Notes: a model not told the origin generated them from the sequence alone. A DNA stretch of 43,239 nucleotides from Jannaschia sp. (GCA_049647445.1 JBARXR010000174.1:1-43239); one strand, 5' to 3'. Positions 9,086 to 19,210 are shown, numbered from the stretch's first letter. Program-made: numbers and translations.

Positions 9086-10366
9086 TTATCCGAGGCCTTT
9101 CCGGAGCTCGTTTTTTCCCAGACGCGCGCCGATGGTCGCAACGACATGTGCCGCATCTTCGCCGACACCCAGAAAACGGCCCGATCCCCAAGTATGCAGC
9201 CAACCAAGCCCGAGAAAGTAGATGCCGGATCCGGCGCAGACGCCGCGCGTGTGAACGGGGCGCCCGCGCGCATCGAGACAGTCAACATGCAACCAGCTGT
9301 AATCGGGTCTGAAGCCGACGCACCAAAGGATCGAGGTGATGCCTTCGGCGGCGGCATCGATCTCGGTAATCTCCGTCTCGGGCCGCCAGACCTTTTCAAA
9401 CGGTTGGGCTTCTGGGGCGTCGATGCCTTCTCGTGCGATGTAGTCGTCGATCATCTTGCGGATGCCGACATAGCTTTTGTCGGCACTGTCCAGATTCTGT
9501 TCAAGATCCGGACGAAACCGGATCGTTGTGCCGTCCATGTCGGCAACAGAACCATAGAGCTGCACGCCATCCAGCGCGAACCGGCGCAGGTCGATCTCAT
9601 GCCCGCCATCGCGACCTGACATGTAGTGGTTTGTCTTGGCTTCGGTCGATTTCGGATCGGGCTGCTGGTCGATGCTGACCTTGTAATAGCCAAGCTCGTG
9701 CAGCCAGTCGGTCGCGTCCTTGCCGCGATACGCGCGCGGGCTGCGCGGGGCGGACCCGACCGCCAGCCGCACATCCCGACCCGCGATCCTCAGATCTTCC
9801 ATCATCTGCACGCCCGACTGGCCGGTGCCGACCACGAGGCAGGCACCGTCCGGCATGTCGGACGGACGGCGATAGGATTTGGAATGTATCTGTGCGATCG
9901 ACGGGTCCAGCCTATCGGCAAACGGCGGCGTGACGGGGCTGTCATAGCCGCCCGAGGCGACGATCACGTGGTCGGCGGACCACAGCCCCTGATCCGTATC
10001 GACCTCGAATGTCGCGCCGAGTTTTTCCACCCGGGTCACGGTCACGCCTTCGTGCAGGGGCGCGTCGAAGCTGTCCGCGAAGCCCTCGACGTAGTCGATG
10101 ATCTGGTCCTTGAGCATGAAGCCGGTCGGATCCTCGCCACGGTACGGAAAGTCTGGCAACTTGCATTGCCAGTTCGGCGTCACGAGACAGAAACTGTCCC
10201 AGCGGTCCTCCTTCCAGGCATGAAACCGTTCGTATCGTTCCAGCACCGCGTGGTCGATTCCGGCCTGACACAGGTAATAGGATGCCGACATGCCTGCCTG
10301 ACCGGCTCCAACGATCAGGACGCTCACGTGCTGACGCGACTGCGGCTTCAGCGGATGGAGAGGCAT
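9086..10366 (-). CDS. nitH: Nit1C flavin-dependent oxidoreductase (MSMEG_0569 family)
   Basis: GAGQAG FAD motif, RWDSFCLVTPNWQC, second Rossmann motif GTGQSG, TWGSGRF; last gene of the cluster. Confidence 0.88.
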   Translation of the reverse strand: MPLHPLKPQSRQHVSVLIVGAGQAGMSASYYLCQAGIDHAVLERYERFHAWKEDRWDSFCLVTPNWQCKLPDFPYRGEDPTGFMLKDQIIDYVEGFADSFDAPLHEGVTVTRVEKLGATFEVDTDQGLWSADHVIVASGGYDSPVTPPFADRLDPSIAQIHSKSYRRPSDMPDGACLVVGTGQSGVQMMEDLRIAGRDVRLAVGSAPRSPRAYRGKDATDWLHELGYYKVSIDQQPDPKSTEAKTNHYMSGRDGGHEIDLRRFALDGVQLYGSVADMDGTTIRFRPDLEQNLDSADKSYVGIRKMIDDYIAREGIDAPEAQPFEKVWRPETEITEIDAAAEGITSILWCVGFRPDYSWLHVDCLDARGRPVHTRGVCAGSGIYFLGLGWLHTWGSGRFLGVGEDAAHVVATIGARLGKNELRKGLG

Positions 10367-10626
10367 GTCACGGTTTCCTCCGGTTGGTAGCGGGCGACGG
10401 TCTTGGCAATGCGAGCGGCCTGTGCATCGGCCGACGTGCATCGGAACCCGAACTTGGCCTCGACCCGCCTGGCGGCAAGATCGAGAGCGGTCCGACTGAT
10501 GTCGTGAAATTCGTCCACGCGATAGGACCGGCCCGCGCTGAGGTGATCGAAAACGACCGTCGAGGGAGAATAGCAGTCCTCCTCCTGCCCGTCGGGCCAG
10601 CGCACGCGGAAGGTGGTTTCAGGCAT
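10348..10626 (-). CDS. nitG: Nit1C small protein (MSMEG_0570 family)
   Basis: MPETTFRVRWPDG...CYSPS...RVEAKFGFRCTSA signature, 92 aa. Confidence 0.88.
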   Translation of the reverse strand: MPETTFRVRWPDGQEEDCYSPSTVVFDHLSAGRSYRVDEFHDISRTALDLAARRVEAKFGFRCTSADAQAARIAKTVARYQPEETVTCLSIR

Positions 10627-11593
10627 CCGCGGTCTCCCTGATCGGGGCGAGGCCGAGATAGCGGGCGGCGGCATGATCCCAGACCGTGTGGGCTGTGGCG
10701 CCGTCCGTCAGAGCGAGGGTGCTGCCCGGCCTGACATGGCCGACGACCTCTGCCCCGATGTCGCGGGCATGAAACCGGGCCATCACGGCGTCAGCCTTGT
10801 CCGGGCCGACACTCAGCAGAAAGCCAAAGCTGGGAAAGGCGGTCATCCAGCGGGTCAGATCGCCATCCGGCGCGGTGATGCGGGCGGGATCGATCATGAC
10901 GGCGACGCCGGAACATTCGGCCAGCATCAGGGCGGTGCCCGCGAGGCCGCCCTGGCTGATGTCCTTGCCGGCGGTCACGAGGCCGTCTTCGGCGAGCAGC
11001 GGCAAAATCTCCATATCGCCGCGCAGACGGTCGTGCGGCGCGTTCAGGAAGGCCGGAAAATTGGATGTATCACCGGCATAGGCCCCCCGCCCGTCGATGG
11101 CGGCGATCAGGACATCGCCGGGACGCGCATCGAAGCTGGTGATCAGGGCGTTTGCCCGGCCATGGATCGAAGCGGCAAGTTGGGGCTGCGCCGTGCGCAG
11201 GTTGGTGTGCCCGCCGACGATGGGGATGCCGTAGGCTTTGGAAGCGTCTTTGAGACCGCGCAGGATCTCGGTCGCGGTGTCCACATCTGGCGCCCAGAGA
11301 GCATTGGTGACCGCCGAGGGGCGCCCCCCCATGGCAAGGATGTCGGACATGTTCACCATGACTGCACACCACCCGGCGAACCACGGGGCTGCGGCCACGA
11401 AATCGTTCATGAAACCTTCGGTCGCCATCAGGGTCCAGCCGTCCCCGTCGCGCAGGGCAGCGGCATCGTCACCCGGACGACCGGGGCTGTCCTGCGTCAG
11501 ACCAAGTGCAGCGCAGGCCACATCTATGTCCCGCTTGCCCGTCACATGCGGGTGCGCGGCAAGTGTCGCTGCAAGGGCGGCGACGTCGATCAT
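10619..11593 (-). CDS. nitF: Nit1C AIR synthase-like protein (sll0787 family, PurM/ThiL/SelD fold)
   Basis: GDDAAAL, PWFAGWCAVMVNMSDILAMGG, GGHTN, KDISQGG, FPSFGFLL. Confidence 0.88.
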   Translation of the reverse strand: MIDVAALAATLAAHPHVTGKRDIDVACAALGLTQDSPGRPGDDAAALRDGDGWTLMATEGFMNDFVAAAPWFAGWCAVMVNMSDILAMGGRPSAVTNALWAPDVDTATEILRGLKDASKAYGIPIVGGHTNLRTAQPQLAASIHGRANALITSFDARPGDVLIAAIDGRGAYAGDTSNFPAFLNAPHDRLRGDMEILPLLAEDGLVTAGKDISQGGLAGTALMLAECSGVAVMIDPARITAPDGDLTRWMTAFPSFGFLLSVGPDKADAVMARFHARDIGAEVVGHVRPGSTLALTDGATAHTVWDHAAARYLGLAPIRETADA

Positions 11594-12132
11594 GCGGCAC
11601 GCCGGGTCAGTGCCATCCAGCCCCGGGCAGGATCCGCGATCGGCGGATAGGCTGCAAGATCGGCCTGCATCTTCATGTGGGCATGGCCGTGCAGGTCTTT
11701 TTCCCCCAACGCCGTCCAGTGCAGCTTCTGGAAGAGGGCGACGTTCTGCATCTGCACATGGGCAAGAAACGTGGTGCACCCGCGCGCATGTGCGGTGCCG
11801 ACGGCAAGGCGTATCAGTTCCGCGCCCAATCGGCCGACGCGTCGGTATTCCGGCACGACGGCAAGTCGCGATCCCCACCAGATACCGGGCGCCTCCTCGT
11901 GAATGCGCACCGTGCCGACGACTTCGTCGGCCTCGGACGCCATGGTGGAGACCGCGACAAGCGGCAAGGCCTTGCGGTCGATATGATCCCTGTCATCGGT
12001 CGCGAAGATGCCCTGTTCGGTCACGAACGTCCGGTGGCGCAGGGAGGCCGCCGCGCCGATTTCCCAAGCTTGCGTCGCCAGACGGATCAGGAATTCAGGG
12101 GTCACGAAGGCTGCGGGACGTTCTATGATCAT
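11590..12132 (-). CDS. nitE: Nit1C GNAT acetyltransferase (MSMEG_0567/sll0786 family)
   Basis: FVTEQGIF, VVGTVRIHE, WWGSRLAV, FLAHVQMQN. ATGA overlaps on both sides. Confidence 0.88.
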   Translation of the reverse strand: MIIERPAAFVTPEFLIRLATQAWEIGAAASLRHRTFVTEQGIFATDDRDHIDRKALPLVAVSTMASEADEVVGTVRIHEEAPGIWWGSRLAVVPEYRRVGRLGAELIRLAVGTAHARGCTTFLAHVQMQNVALFQKLHWTALGEKDLHGHAHMKMQADLAAYPPIADPARGWMALTRRAA

Positions 12133-13262
12133 GACACCGTCTCCAATGCCGGGCGCTTGAACTTCTCGAATGCGGAAAGCGCCGAACACGCGCCGCAGCG
12201 ACCGCAACCGGCCTTGATATCCTCGGCCCGCATGCGGCGATCGACGATCATCTGCGACAGTGGACCCAGAACAGCATGCATGAAGGCCGAAGTCGGGGCG
12301 GGGTGACTTTCCAGCGGCGTTCCGGTGACGGGCACGAACGGGACCACGAAGGGATAGACGCCGATCGCAGTCAGTCGCGCGCACATCTCGAGGATCGCCT
12401 CTTCGGTATCGCCCAGTCCCGCCAGGATATAGGTCGAGACCTGCCCCCAGCCGAACATGTCGACGGCAGCCGCGAAACTGTCGAAGTATTTTTCGAGCGA
12501 CACCTGCGCCTTGCCCGGCATGATCCGCTGGCGCAATTCGGGTGTGACGACTTCCAGATGCATTCCGAGGCTGTCGATGCCCGCGTCCTTCATGCGGCGG
12601 TGCCACGCGTCATCTTCGGGCGGCTCACACTGCGCCTGAAGCGGCAGGTCGACGGCGGCGCGGATCGCCTCGGCGCTGTCGGCAAGAACCTTTGCCCCGC
12701 GATCCTTGCCCGCAGGCGTCCCGGTCGTCATCACCATATGCTTGACCCCGTCGAGCAACACGGCGGCACGGGCCACTTCGGCCAGTTGCGCCGGTGTCTT
12801 GTGCGCAATGGTCCGCCCGGCGGCCAGGCTTTGGCCGATGGCACAGAATTTGCACGTCTTCTTGCGGCTTTCGTAACGGATGCAGGTTTGCAGCACCGTG
12901 GTGGCCAGCACGTCCTTGGCATGCAGTTGGGCGATGTGGCCATAGGGGATGCCATCGGCAGTCGAAAGGTCCAGGAACTTGGCTCGGCTTGGAAACTGAA
13001 TATCCGCGAAAAACACGCCGTCCTTCAGGACACGGGCGTTGCCTGCGCTGTCCGGGGCCTCGACCATGTAGGGCGACTCGAACGCGGTCGCGGTATGGAC
13101 CGGCACCATGACGGTCATGCCACCTATGGTGATCGCCTTGTGATCCGTCGGCCCTGCACCACCGCGGCGGCTGTCGGACCCTGCGCGGGGGTCCACCAGC
13201 CGCATACCGCGGGTTTGCAAGTCATTGATCAGATCGCCGGTCGTTGCGGGCACGGTGTTCAT
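12129..13262 (-). CDS. nitD: Nit1C radical SAM protein (MSMEG_0568 family)
   Basis: RRGGAGPTDHK, LATTVLQTCIRY...CKFCAIGQSL, C-terminal GCGRCGACSAL. Confidence 0.92.
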   Translation of the reverse strand: MNTVPATTGDLINDLQTRGMRLVDPRAGSDSRRGGAGPTDHKAITIGGMTVMVPVHTATAFESPYMVEAPDSAGNARVLKDGVFFADIQFPSRAKFLDLSTADGIPYGHIAQLHAKDVLATTVLQTCIRYESRKKTCKFCAIGQSLAAGRTIAHKTPAQLAEVARAAVLLDGVKHMVMTTGTPAGKDRGAKVLADSAEAIRAAVDLPLQAQCEPPEDDAWHRRMKDAGIDSLGMHLEVVTPELRQRIMPGKAQVSLEKYFDSFAAAVDMFGWGQVSTYILAGLGDTEEAILEMCARLTAIGVYPFVVPFVPVTGTPLESHPAPTSAFMHAVLGPLSQMIVDRRMRAEDIKAGCGRCGACSALSAFEKFKRPALETVS

Positions 13263-13263
13263 G

Positions 13264-14229
13264 TCAGTCCTCCAGAGGTATCGGCTGGAATTGCGGGCCG
13301 GACGTCGTGGCATGCCGCGTCGGCGCCGGATCGGTGTTGTGATGCAGCGACAGCAGTTCGGGGCGCGCGTAGTGGCCGACCGAATCCATCATGCGCTTGC
13401 GCTTGGTGATCAGCGCCATGTCGAGGTCACCGTACAGGATACCCTCGCCGCTGGTCAGCGGCGGCACCACATGCCTGCCTTCCGGCGTGACGATGCAGGT
13501 CATGCAGCCGTCGCGCAGCCCCTTTTGCAGAGCCGGATCCGGCGTGACGCTTTCGATCTGCGCGTCGGTCAACCAGCCTGTCGCATTCACGACAAAGCAG
13601 CCGGATTCAAGGGCGTGATGGCGCATTGTGACTTCGATCTGTTCGCCGAAGATCGGTCCGACGAGGCTTCCGGGAAACTGGGCGACGTGGATCTCCTCGT
13701 GCTGTGTCATCAACGCATATCGGGCAAGGGGATTGTAATGTTCCCAGCAGGCCAGCGCGCCGACGCGGCCGACGCGGGTATCGACGACCTGAAGGCCCGC
13801 CCCGTCGCCCTGACCCCACACCATCCGCTCATGATAGGTTGGCGTGATCTTGCGACGCTTGAGAAGCAATGTGCCGTCTCCGTCAAAGATCAGCTGGGCG
13901 TTGTAGAGCGACCCGTGATCGCGCTCGTTGACGCCGAGGACGACCACAACGCCATGATGTGCACAGCGTTCCGCGACCCTGCGCGTATCGTCGGAGGGAA
14001 CGGTCACGGCCTGCTCATAGAGATGCAGGTGCGCCTTGCCCTGCTGCATGGGCGGCAGGACGAACGAGAAATACGGATAGAACGGCACGAAGGTTTCGGG
14101 AAAGACGATCAGGTCGGCACCATTGCCCGCGGCCTCGTCGATGGCATCGAGAACGCGCGCCATCGTCTTGTCCCGACTGGTCAAGTCCGGGGCAATCTGG
14201 ACGGCTGCGGCCTTGACGATGCGCGACAT
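13264..14229 (-). CDS. nitC: Nitrilase (Nit6803/NitC family)
   Basis: Catalytic E-K-C triad in [32 protein letters not shown] and [10 protein letters not shown]-terminal [13 protein letters not shown]. Confidence 0.94.
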   Translation of the reverse strand: MSRIVKAAAVQIAPDLTSRDKTMARVLDAIDEAAGNGADLIVFPETFVPFYPYFSFVLPPMQQGKAHLHLYEQAVTVPSDDTRRVAERCAHHGVVVVLGVNERDHGSLYNAQLIFDGDGTLLLKRRKITPTYHERMVWGQGDGAGLQVVDTRVGRVGALACWEHYNPLARYALMTQHEEIHVAQFPGSLVGPIFGEQIEVTMRHHALESGCFVVNATGWLTDAQIESVTPDPALQKGLRDGCMTCIVTPEGRHVVPPLTSGEGILYGDLDMALITKRKRMMDSVGHYARPELLSLHHNTDPAPTRHATTSGPQFQPIPLED

Positions 14230-14281
14230 GCGATCTCTCCGACAGGGATGCCGGGGCCGCCAAGACCCCGGCAAGGGACGC

Positions 14282-14764
14282 TCAGACCGTCCAGGTATCG
14301 ACGATCACGGCGTTGTCGCGGACGTGGAGCAATTTCAGGTCCAGCACATCCTGCGGCGCGATCGGAATGATCCCGGGCAGCAGGGACGGTTCTCCGTGCC
14401 CATAGAGCGCCTGAAGGGCAAAGCGGCAGGCATAGACCTTGCTGCCCTCGGCCATGAACTTCTTGAGATTGTCCGCAAAGTTCTGGTGCCCCGGGAAGGC
14501 CGCATCGCCCAACGTCGGAAAGCCGCGCTGAATGCCCAGCGTGACACCGGGACCGTAGAGCAGGATGGAGGTTTCGAACCCCTTTCGCGCCAGACGGATC
14601 GCGTTGAGCATGTTCACGAGGCCGATGGAGCCTTCGAACGCGACGGTGTGAAACGTGACCAGCGCTTTCTGGCCCGGTTCGGCCTTTACATCCTCGAAAA
14701 CCTTGTCTTCGTAATCGACGAAGAAATCGCCGTCCTTGTGCATTTCCTGCGTGACTGCTGGCAT
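14282..14764 (-). CDS. nitB: Nit1C DsrE-like protein (MSMEG_0572/sll0783 family)
   Basis: [43 protein letters not shown]-terminal DTWTV. Start ATG 14764 follows a GGGGA RBS. Confidence 0.92.
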   Translation of the reverse strand: MPAVTQEMHKDGDFFVDYEDKVFEDVKAEPGQKALVTFHTVAFEGSIGLVNMLNAIRLARKGFETSILLYGPGVTLGIQRGFPTLGDAAFPGHQNFADNLKKFMAEGSKVYACRFALQALYGHGEPSLLPGIIPIAPQDVLDLKLLHVRDNAVIVDTWTV

Positions 14765-14837
14765 CTGTGTATCCCCTTGACTGACTGGCCTGTCGCGGCC
14801 GAACGGTGCAGAGCGACGGTGCGAGACAGGCTTGGAT

Positions 14838-14870
14838 GCAATCAATATGGCAATCAATATTACATACAAT
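14838..14870. promoter_or_regulatory. Direct repeats in the nitB/regulator intergenic region; candidate MocR-type operator
   Basis: GCAATCAATAT at 14838-14848 and 14850-14860, then CATACAAT at 14863-14870, in an AT-rich patch. Confidence 0.55.
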
Positions 14871-15014
14871 AAATTGACGGCATACTTGAGAGCTGCTGAT
14901 AATTTGGCGCGAGAGGATATTCGTTGGGCGCTGCGTAAAAGCCTCTGGCACAATAGCGGGGGAAATCCATACAAAGAGCTTCAATTCGAACTGCCGCCGC
15001 GCTAGGGCGACGGC

Positions 15015-16376
15015 ATGATGGACTGGACACCGATTCTGCGCGACGATGGTGCGGCTCGCTATGTGCAACTGGCCGATGCGATTGCCGACGGTATCGCAAA
15101 CGGCACCTTGACCGATGGCGTGCGCCTGCCGCCGCAGCGTCGGCTGGCGGACAGGCTGGGCATCGATTTCACGACCGTTTCGCGTGGATACACCGAGGCG
15201 CGCACGCGGGGCCTCGTCAACAGCCACGTCGGGCGCGGCACGTTTGTGATCGGCAGGAAACCCGTCGATCCACAACGCGAGTTGCGCAGAAAAGTCGACA
15301 CCGACCTTACCATGAACCTGCCTCCGGAGCCGAACGACCCCGACTTGCTGGCCCGAATGCAGTCGGGACTTCAAACCGTTTCGGCCAACCTGATCGACTT
15401 GCTGCGCTATCAGTCCTCGACCGGTGGCCAGTTGGACAAGGAAGCGGCCTCGACTTGGCTTTCTTTGCGGGGGCTCGTGCCTGCACTCGACCGGGTTGCC
15501 GTCACGCCCGGTGCACATCCCACCATTCTGGCCATTCTCTTCGGGCTCGCCAAACCGGGCGACGTCGTCTTGTGCGAGGAGGTGACCTATGCCGGGGTTC
15601 GCGGCATCTGCGCGCGCCTTGGGCTGCGGCTGGTCGGACTGCCCGGCGACAGCGACGGGATCGACACCGATGCGCTTGATGCGGCCATCCGCGCGCACGG
15701 TCCCAAAGCGCTATACCTCAATCCCACGCTGAACAATCCAACCACGCGCACGGTGTCTCTGGCGCGACGGCAGGCGATCGCGGATGTGATCTCGGCGCAC
15801 AGGCTGCCGCTGATCGAAGACGACGCCTATGGCTTCATTCCGCCACACCCACCCGCACCATTGGCCAGTTTCGCGCCCGATCTCGTCTGGCACATCGGTG
15901 GACTGGCCAAGTGCATCGGCGCAGGGCTGCGGCTGGCCTATACTGTCGCCCCGAACAGTCACGCCGCGCGCGATCTGGCACATCAACTCAAGCTGATTTC
16001 GGTGATGCCATCGCCGCTCATGATGGCGTTGGCGACGCGCTGGATCACGGACGGCACCGCAGACGGCATCCGCCGGTTCATTCGTGAGGAAACGCAAGCC
16101 CGGCAGACGATTGCGGCGCAGGCCCTCGCACCGTTCCGGTACGAGTCCGCGCCACATGCGTTCAACGTGTGGCTGGATTTGCCCGATGGCCTGACGCGGG
16201 CCGAGATTATCGGACGGATGGCCGGCACGGGGGTCGGGATCATGCCGTCGGACGCGTTCACCGTTCTTGGAGAGCCGACCGAGTCAATTCGCGTTTGCCT
16301 CGGCGGTCAGATCGACCGGCGGCAATTGCATGATGCCTTGGGACTACTGGCCTATATCATGTCGAGCCCGCTCTGA
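15015..16376 (+). CDS. MocR/GabR-family transcriptional regulator (GntR wHTH plus class I aminotransferase domain)
   Basis: RLPPQRRLADRLGIDFTTVSRGY HTH, VGRGTFV, PTLNNPT, IEDDAYG, GLAKCIGAGLR with the PLP lysine retained. Confidence 0.92.
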   Translation: MMDWTPILRDDGAARYVQLADAIADGIANGTLTDGVRLPPQRRLADRLGIDFTTVSRGYTEARTRGLVNSHVGRGTFVIGRKPVDPQRELRRKVDTDLTMNLPPEPNDPDLLARMQSGLQTVSANLIDLLRYQSSTGGQLDKEAASTWLSLRGLVPALDRVAVTPGAHPTILAILFGLAKPGDVVLCEEVTYAGVRGICARLGLRLVGLPGDSDGIDTDALDAAIRAHGPKALYLNPTLNNPTTRTVSLARRQAIADVISAHRLPLIEDDAYGFIPPHPPAPLASFAPDLVWHIGGLAKCIGAGLRLAYTVAPNSHAARDLAHQLKLISVMPSPLMMALATRWITDGTADGIRRFIREETQARQTIAAQALAPFRYESAPHAFNVWLDLPDGLTRAEIIGRMAGTGVGIMPSDAFTVLGEPTESIRVCLGGQIDRRQLHDALGLLAYIMSSPL

Positions 16377-16392
16377 CGTCGTGACGTATGCG

Positions 16393-16426
16393 GCGGGCTG
16401 TTCCTTTGCCGATTAGGACAGCCCGC
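16393..16426. terminator. Stem-loop between convergent genes
   Basis: GCGGGCTGTTCCT...AGGACAGCCCGC just after the regulator stop codon. Confidence 0.55.
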
Positions 16427-16550
16427 TTCTGGCGGAACTCTGACACAGGTCCCCGTAGCACGAGCATTCCAAGCCTTGAAACGCCCTCAGTACCGGATCG
16501 CCCGCAAGACGCGTGCCGTGCGAACATTCCGCTGCTGCGCGCCTTTCGAC

Positions 16551-17690
16551 CTATCGGGCGGCGGTAAGCGCGGATCGACCGACGGCGTCGAACGAGGCCG
16601 TTCCAAGTTGACCGAGCGCGCGGACAAGTTCCAGGTGAAGGATGTCGCTGGCCCGCTGAGCGCCATCCGATCCACCAGCGCCGACGCCGTAGGCCAAGGC
16701 CCGACCGGACAGGGTAAAATCCGCGCCAAGCGCTTTCGCGCGGAGGATATCCGCGCCGCGTCGGATCCCGCTGTCGAGAATGATCTTGATCCGCCCGCCG
16801 ATCGCATCTGCGATCGCTGGCAAGGCTTCGATCGTCGGCGGACCGAACGCGACCTGTCGCCCCCCATGGTTCGACACGACGATGCCGTTACAGCCGAGGT
16901 CCGCAGCCTTGACCGCGTCCGACGGGTGCAGGACGCCCTTGACCAGCAGGGTCCCTTTCCAACGGTCCCGCAGGCGTTTGAGGTCGTCCCACGTGAACCC
17001 GGGCGTGATCAGGGTTTTTTGCACGTCTGCATAGGACGTGGCGCTTTGAAGGAGGTCGGCATAATTGGCGATATTTGGCTTGCCATGGCGAAGCGTGGCC
17101 AAAGACCAGAACGGATTGGCGATCAGGCCCGCGATGACTTCGGGCGTTATCTTGAATGGAACCGCTAGCTGATTGCGGATGTCGCGGTCGCGTTTCCCGG
17201 CCGCCGGAACATCGGCGGTCACCATCATCACGGTGTAATCTGCGGCTTCGGCGCGGGCGACGAGCCCCTCTGTAACGGAGATGTCGCTGGAGACATACAG
17301 CTGGAACCATCCGTTCCCGGCGGCAGCCTCGGCCAGACGCTCAAGCGTCGTGGAGGCGGCGGAACTGGCGACGTAGGGGAAGTTGCTCCGGGCGCAAAGG
17401 CGCGCAAGGATCAGATCGGCATCGGGCCAGAAGGCGTTCAGCATTCCGATGGGGGCCATGCCGAACGGCAAGTCGTAGGTCTTTCCGAACAGCGCGACGC
17501 GCGTATCGATATCCGACACATCGACCATGTAGCGCGGTGTCAACTCCACCTCTTCGAACGCCGCGCTGTTGCGGCGCAGATTACGTTCGGACTCTGCACC
17601 GCCATCGACGAGGTCGAAGGCAAACCGCGGAATCCGACGCTTGGCGCGGATGCGCAGGTCGTCGATCGAGGCGGCGCGGTCCAGCCCCAT
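16551..17690 (-). CDS. FMN-dependent alpha-hydroxy-acid oxidase/dehydrogenase (LldD/mandelate DH family)
   Basis: DGGAESE, WFQLY, VKGVLHP, VSNHGGRQ, DSGIRRGADILRA. Confidence 0.9.
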   Translation of the reverse strand: MGLDRAASIDDLRIRAKRRIPRFAFDLVDGGAESERNLRRNSAAFEEVELTPRYMVDVSDIDTRVALFGKTYDLPFGMAPIGMLNAFWPDADLILARLCARSNFPYVASSAASTTLERLAEAAAGNGWFQLYVSSDISVTEGLVARAEAADYTVMMVTADVPAAGKRDRDIRNQLAVPFKITPEVIAGLIANPFWSLATLRHGKPNIANYADLLQSATSYADVQKTLITPGFTWDDLKRLRDRWKGTLLVKGVLHPSDAVKAADLGCNGIVVSNHGGRQVAFGPPTIEALPAIADAIGGRIKIILDSGIRRGADILRAKALGADFTLSGRALAYGVGAGGSDGAQRASDILHLELVRALGQLGTASFDAVGRSALTAAR

Positions 17691-18433
17691 CAGATCGACC
17701 ACCCGCCATCCACGGCGAAGGCCTGCCCGGTGGTGAAGGCGGACAGATCGCTGGCAAGATAGCAGACCATCTCGGCGATCTCTTCAGGCCTGCCCAGCCG
17801 TCCCATGGGCTGGCGGTCCTTGAAAGCGGCCAGCGCCTTGTCGAAGTCGCCGGTGGCAGCCAACCGGTCGTTCAGCGACGGGCTCTGCACGGTACCGGGG
17901 CAGATGGCGTTACAGCGGACGCCCTGTTTGACGAAGTCGGCGGCGATGGATTTCGTCATGCCGATGATCGCGGCCTTGGACGCGCCATAGGCAAAGCGGC
18001 GCGGTGCACCCTTTTCGCTGGAGACGATAGAGGCGATATTGACGACCGATCCCGACCCGCTGTCCAGCATCCCGGGCAGCACGGCCTTGGTGATCTGAAA
18101 CATCGCCTTGGCATTCAGGTCGAACGCCCGGTCCCAGGCCGTGTCGTCGCAATCGAGGATCGTGCCGTCATGCACCCAGCCTGCGCAGTTCACGAGAATC
18201 TGCACGGCCGGCAGCGACCCGACGAGGGTCCTGACGGCGTCGGCATCAAGCACGTCGAGACCCTCGCCGGTGATATTGTCGGTGCCTGCGCCGACTTCCG
18301 CGACAGCCGCGGCGTCGATATCCGTGGCGATGACGGTCGCCCCGAGCCGCGCGAGCGCCTCTGCACTGGCGCGACCAATACCGTTTGCGGCTGCGGTGAC
18401 GAGGGCGGTTTTGCCTTCAAGTGATTGTTTCAT
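17690..18433 (-). CDS. SDR oxidoreductase, BDH2 / 2-keto-3-deoxy-L-fuconate dehydrogenase-like
   Basis: TAAANGIG cofactor motif, NCAGWVHDGTILDC, YGASK, CPGTVQSPSL. Confidence 0.85.
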   Translation of the reverse strand: MKQSLEGKTALVTAAANGIGRASAEALARLGATVIATDIDAAAVAEVGAGTDNITGEGLDVLDADAVRTLVGSLPAVQILVNCAGWVHDGTILDCDDTAWDRAFDLNAKAMFQITKAVLPGMLDSGSGSVVNIASIVSSEKGAPRRFAYGASKAAIIGMTKSIAADFVKQGVRCNAICPGTVQSPSLNDRLAATGDFDKALAAFKDRQPMGRLGRPEEIAEMVCYLASDLSAFTTGQAFAVDGGWSI

Positions 18434-18443
18434 GTATCCTCTC

Positions 18444-19208
18444 TCAGCGTGCGAGCCATCCGCCATCGACGGTGACGACGCTGCCATGACAGTAAGCCGC
18501 GGCGTCGGACGCCAGGAAAACGGCGGCCCCGGCGATTTCGGAAGGATCGGCGAAGCGACCGGCGGGGATGCGTTCGAGAAGCGCGCGTGACCGCTCCGGA
18601 TCGTCGCGCAGCGCCTGCGTGTTGTCGGTGGCGGTATAGCCCGGGGCGATGGCGTTCACGTTCACGCCCTTCGCAGCCCATTCGTTGCACAAGGCCCGGG
18701 TCAGGCCGATGACGGCGTGTTTGCTGGCCGTATAAGCGGGCACCATCAAACCGCCTTGCGAACTGAGAACCGACGCCACGATCACGATCTTGCCCGATCC
18801 TCGCGCCACCATGTGCTTGCCTGCCGCCTGGCTCAGCAGCCAGACGGACTCCAGATTGACCGACAGGATACGCCGCCAGTCTGCCAGCGGCATGTCAACC
18901 GAGGGTGCGCGGTGAATGATGCCCGCGTTGTTCACGAGAATATCGAGACCGCCCAGGGCGTCTGTCGCAAACGCGATCACGTCAGATGCCGCCGCCTGAT
19001 CCATGTCGGCGAAATCCGCGCGAACGGCTCCCGCCTTGCGACCCATGCCTTCGATCTGCGCGATCACATCGTCGGGCGCATGGCTGCGGCAGGTCAGCGC
19101 GACATCCGCCCCGGCGGCGGCAAGGCCAAGGGCGATACCCTTGCCGATGCCCGTCGCACCACCGGTGACCAGTGCCTTTCGACCCGTGAGGTCAAACAAG
19201 TTCGACAT
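18444..19208 (-). CDS. SDR oxidoreductase, KduD-like (2-dehydro-3-deoxy-D-gluconate 5-dehydrogenase-like)
   Basis: LFDLTGRKALVTG, NNAGIIHR, SQGGLMVPAYTASKHAV, NAIAPGYTATDNTQALR, VDGGWLAR. Confidence 0.85.
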   Translation of the reverse strand: MSNLFDLTGRKALVTGGATGIGKGIALGLAAAGADVALTCRSHAPDDVIAQIEGMGRKAGAVRADFADMDQAAASDVIAFATDALGGLDILVNNAGIIHRAPSVDMPLADWRRILSVNLESVWLLSQAAGKHMVARGSGKIVIVASVLSSQGGLMVPAYTASKHAVIGLTRALCNEWAAKGVNVNAIAPGYTATDNTQALRDDPERSRALLERIPAGRFADPSEIAGAAVFLASDAAAYCHGSVVTVDGGWLAR

Positions 19209-19210
19209 CG

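Noticed and set aside
14230..14281. Gap between nitB and nitC as a possible RiPP precursor for the radical SAM enzyme
   Set aside because: Only about 50 bp, occupied by a GCCGGGG/CCCCGGC hairpin and the nitC RBS; no credible ORF.
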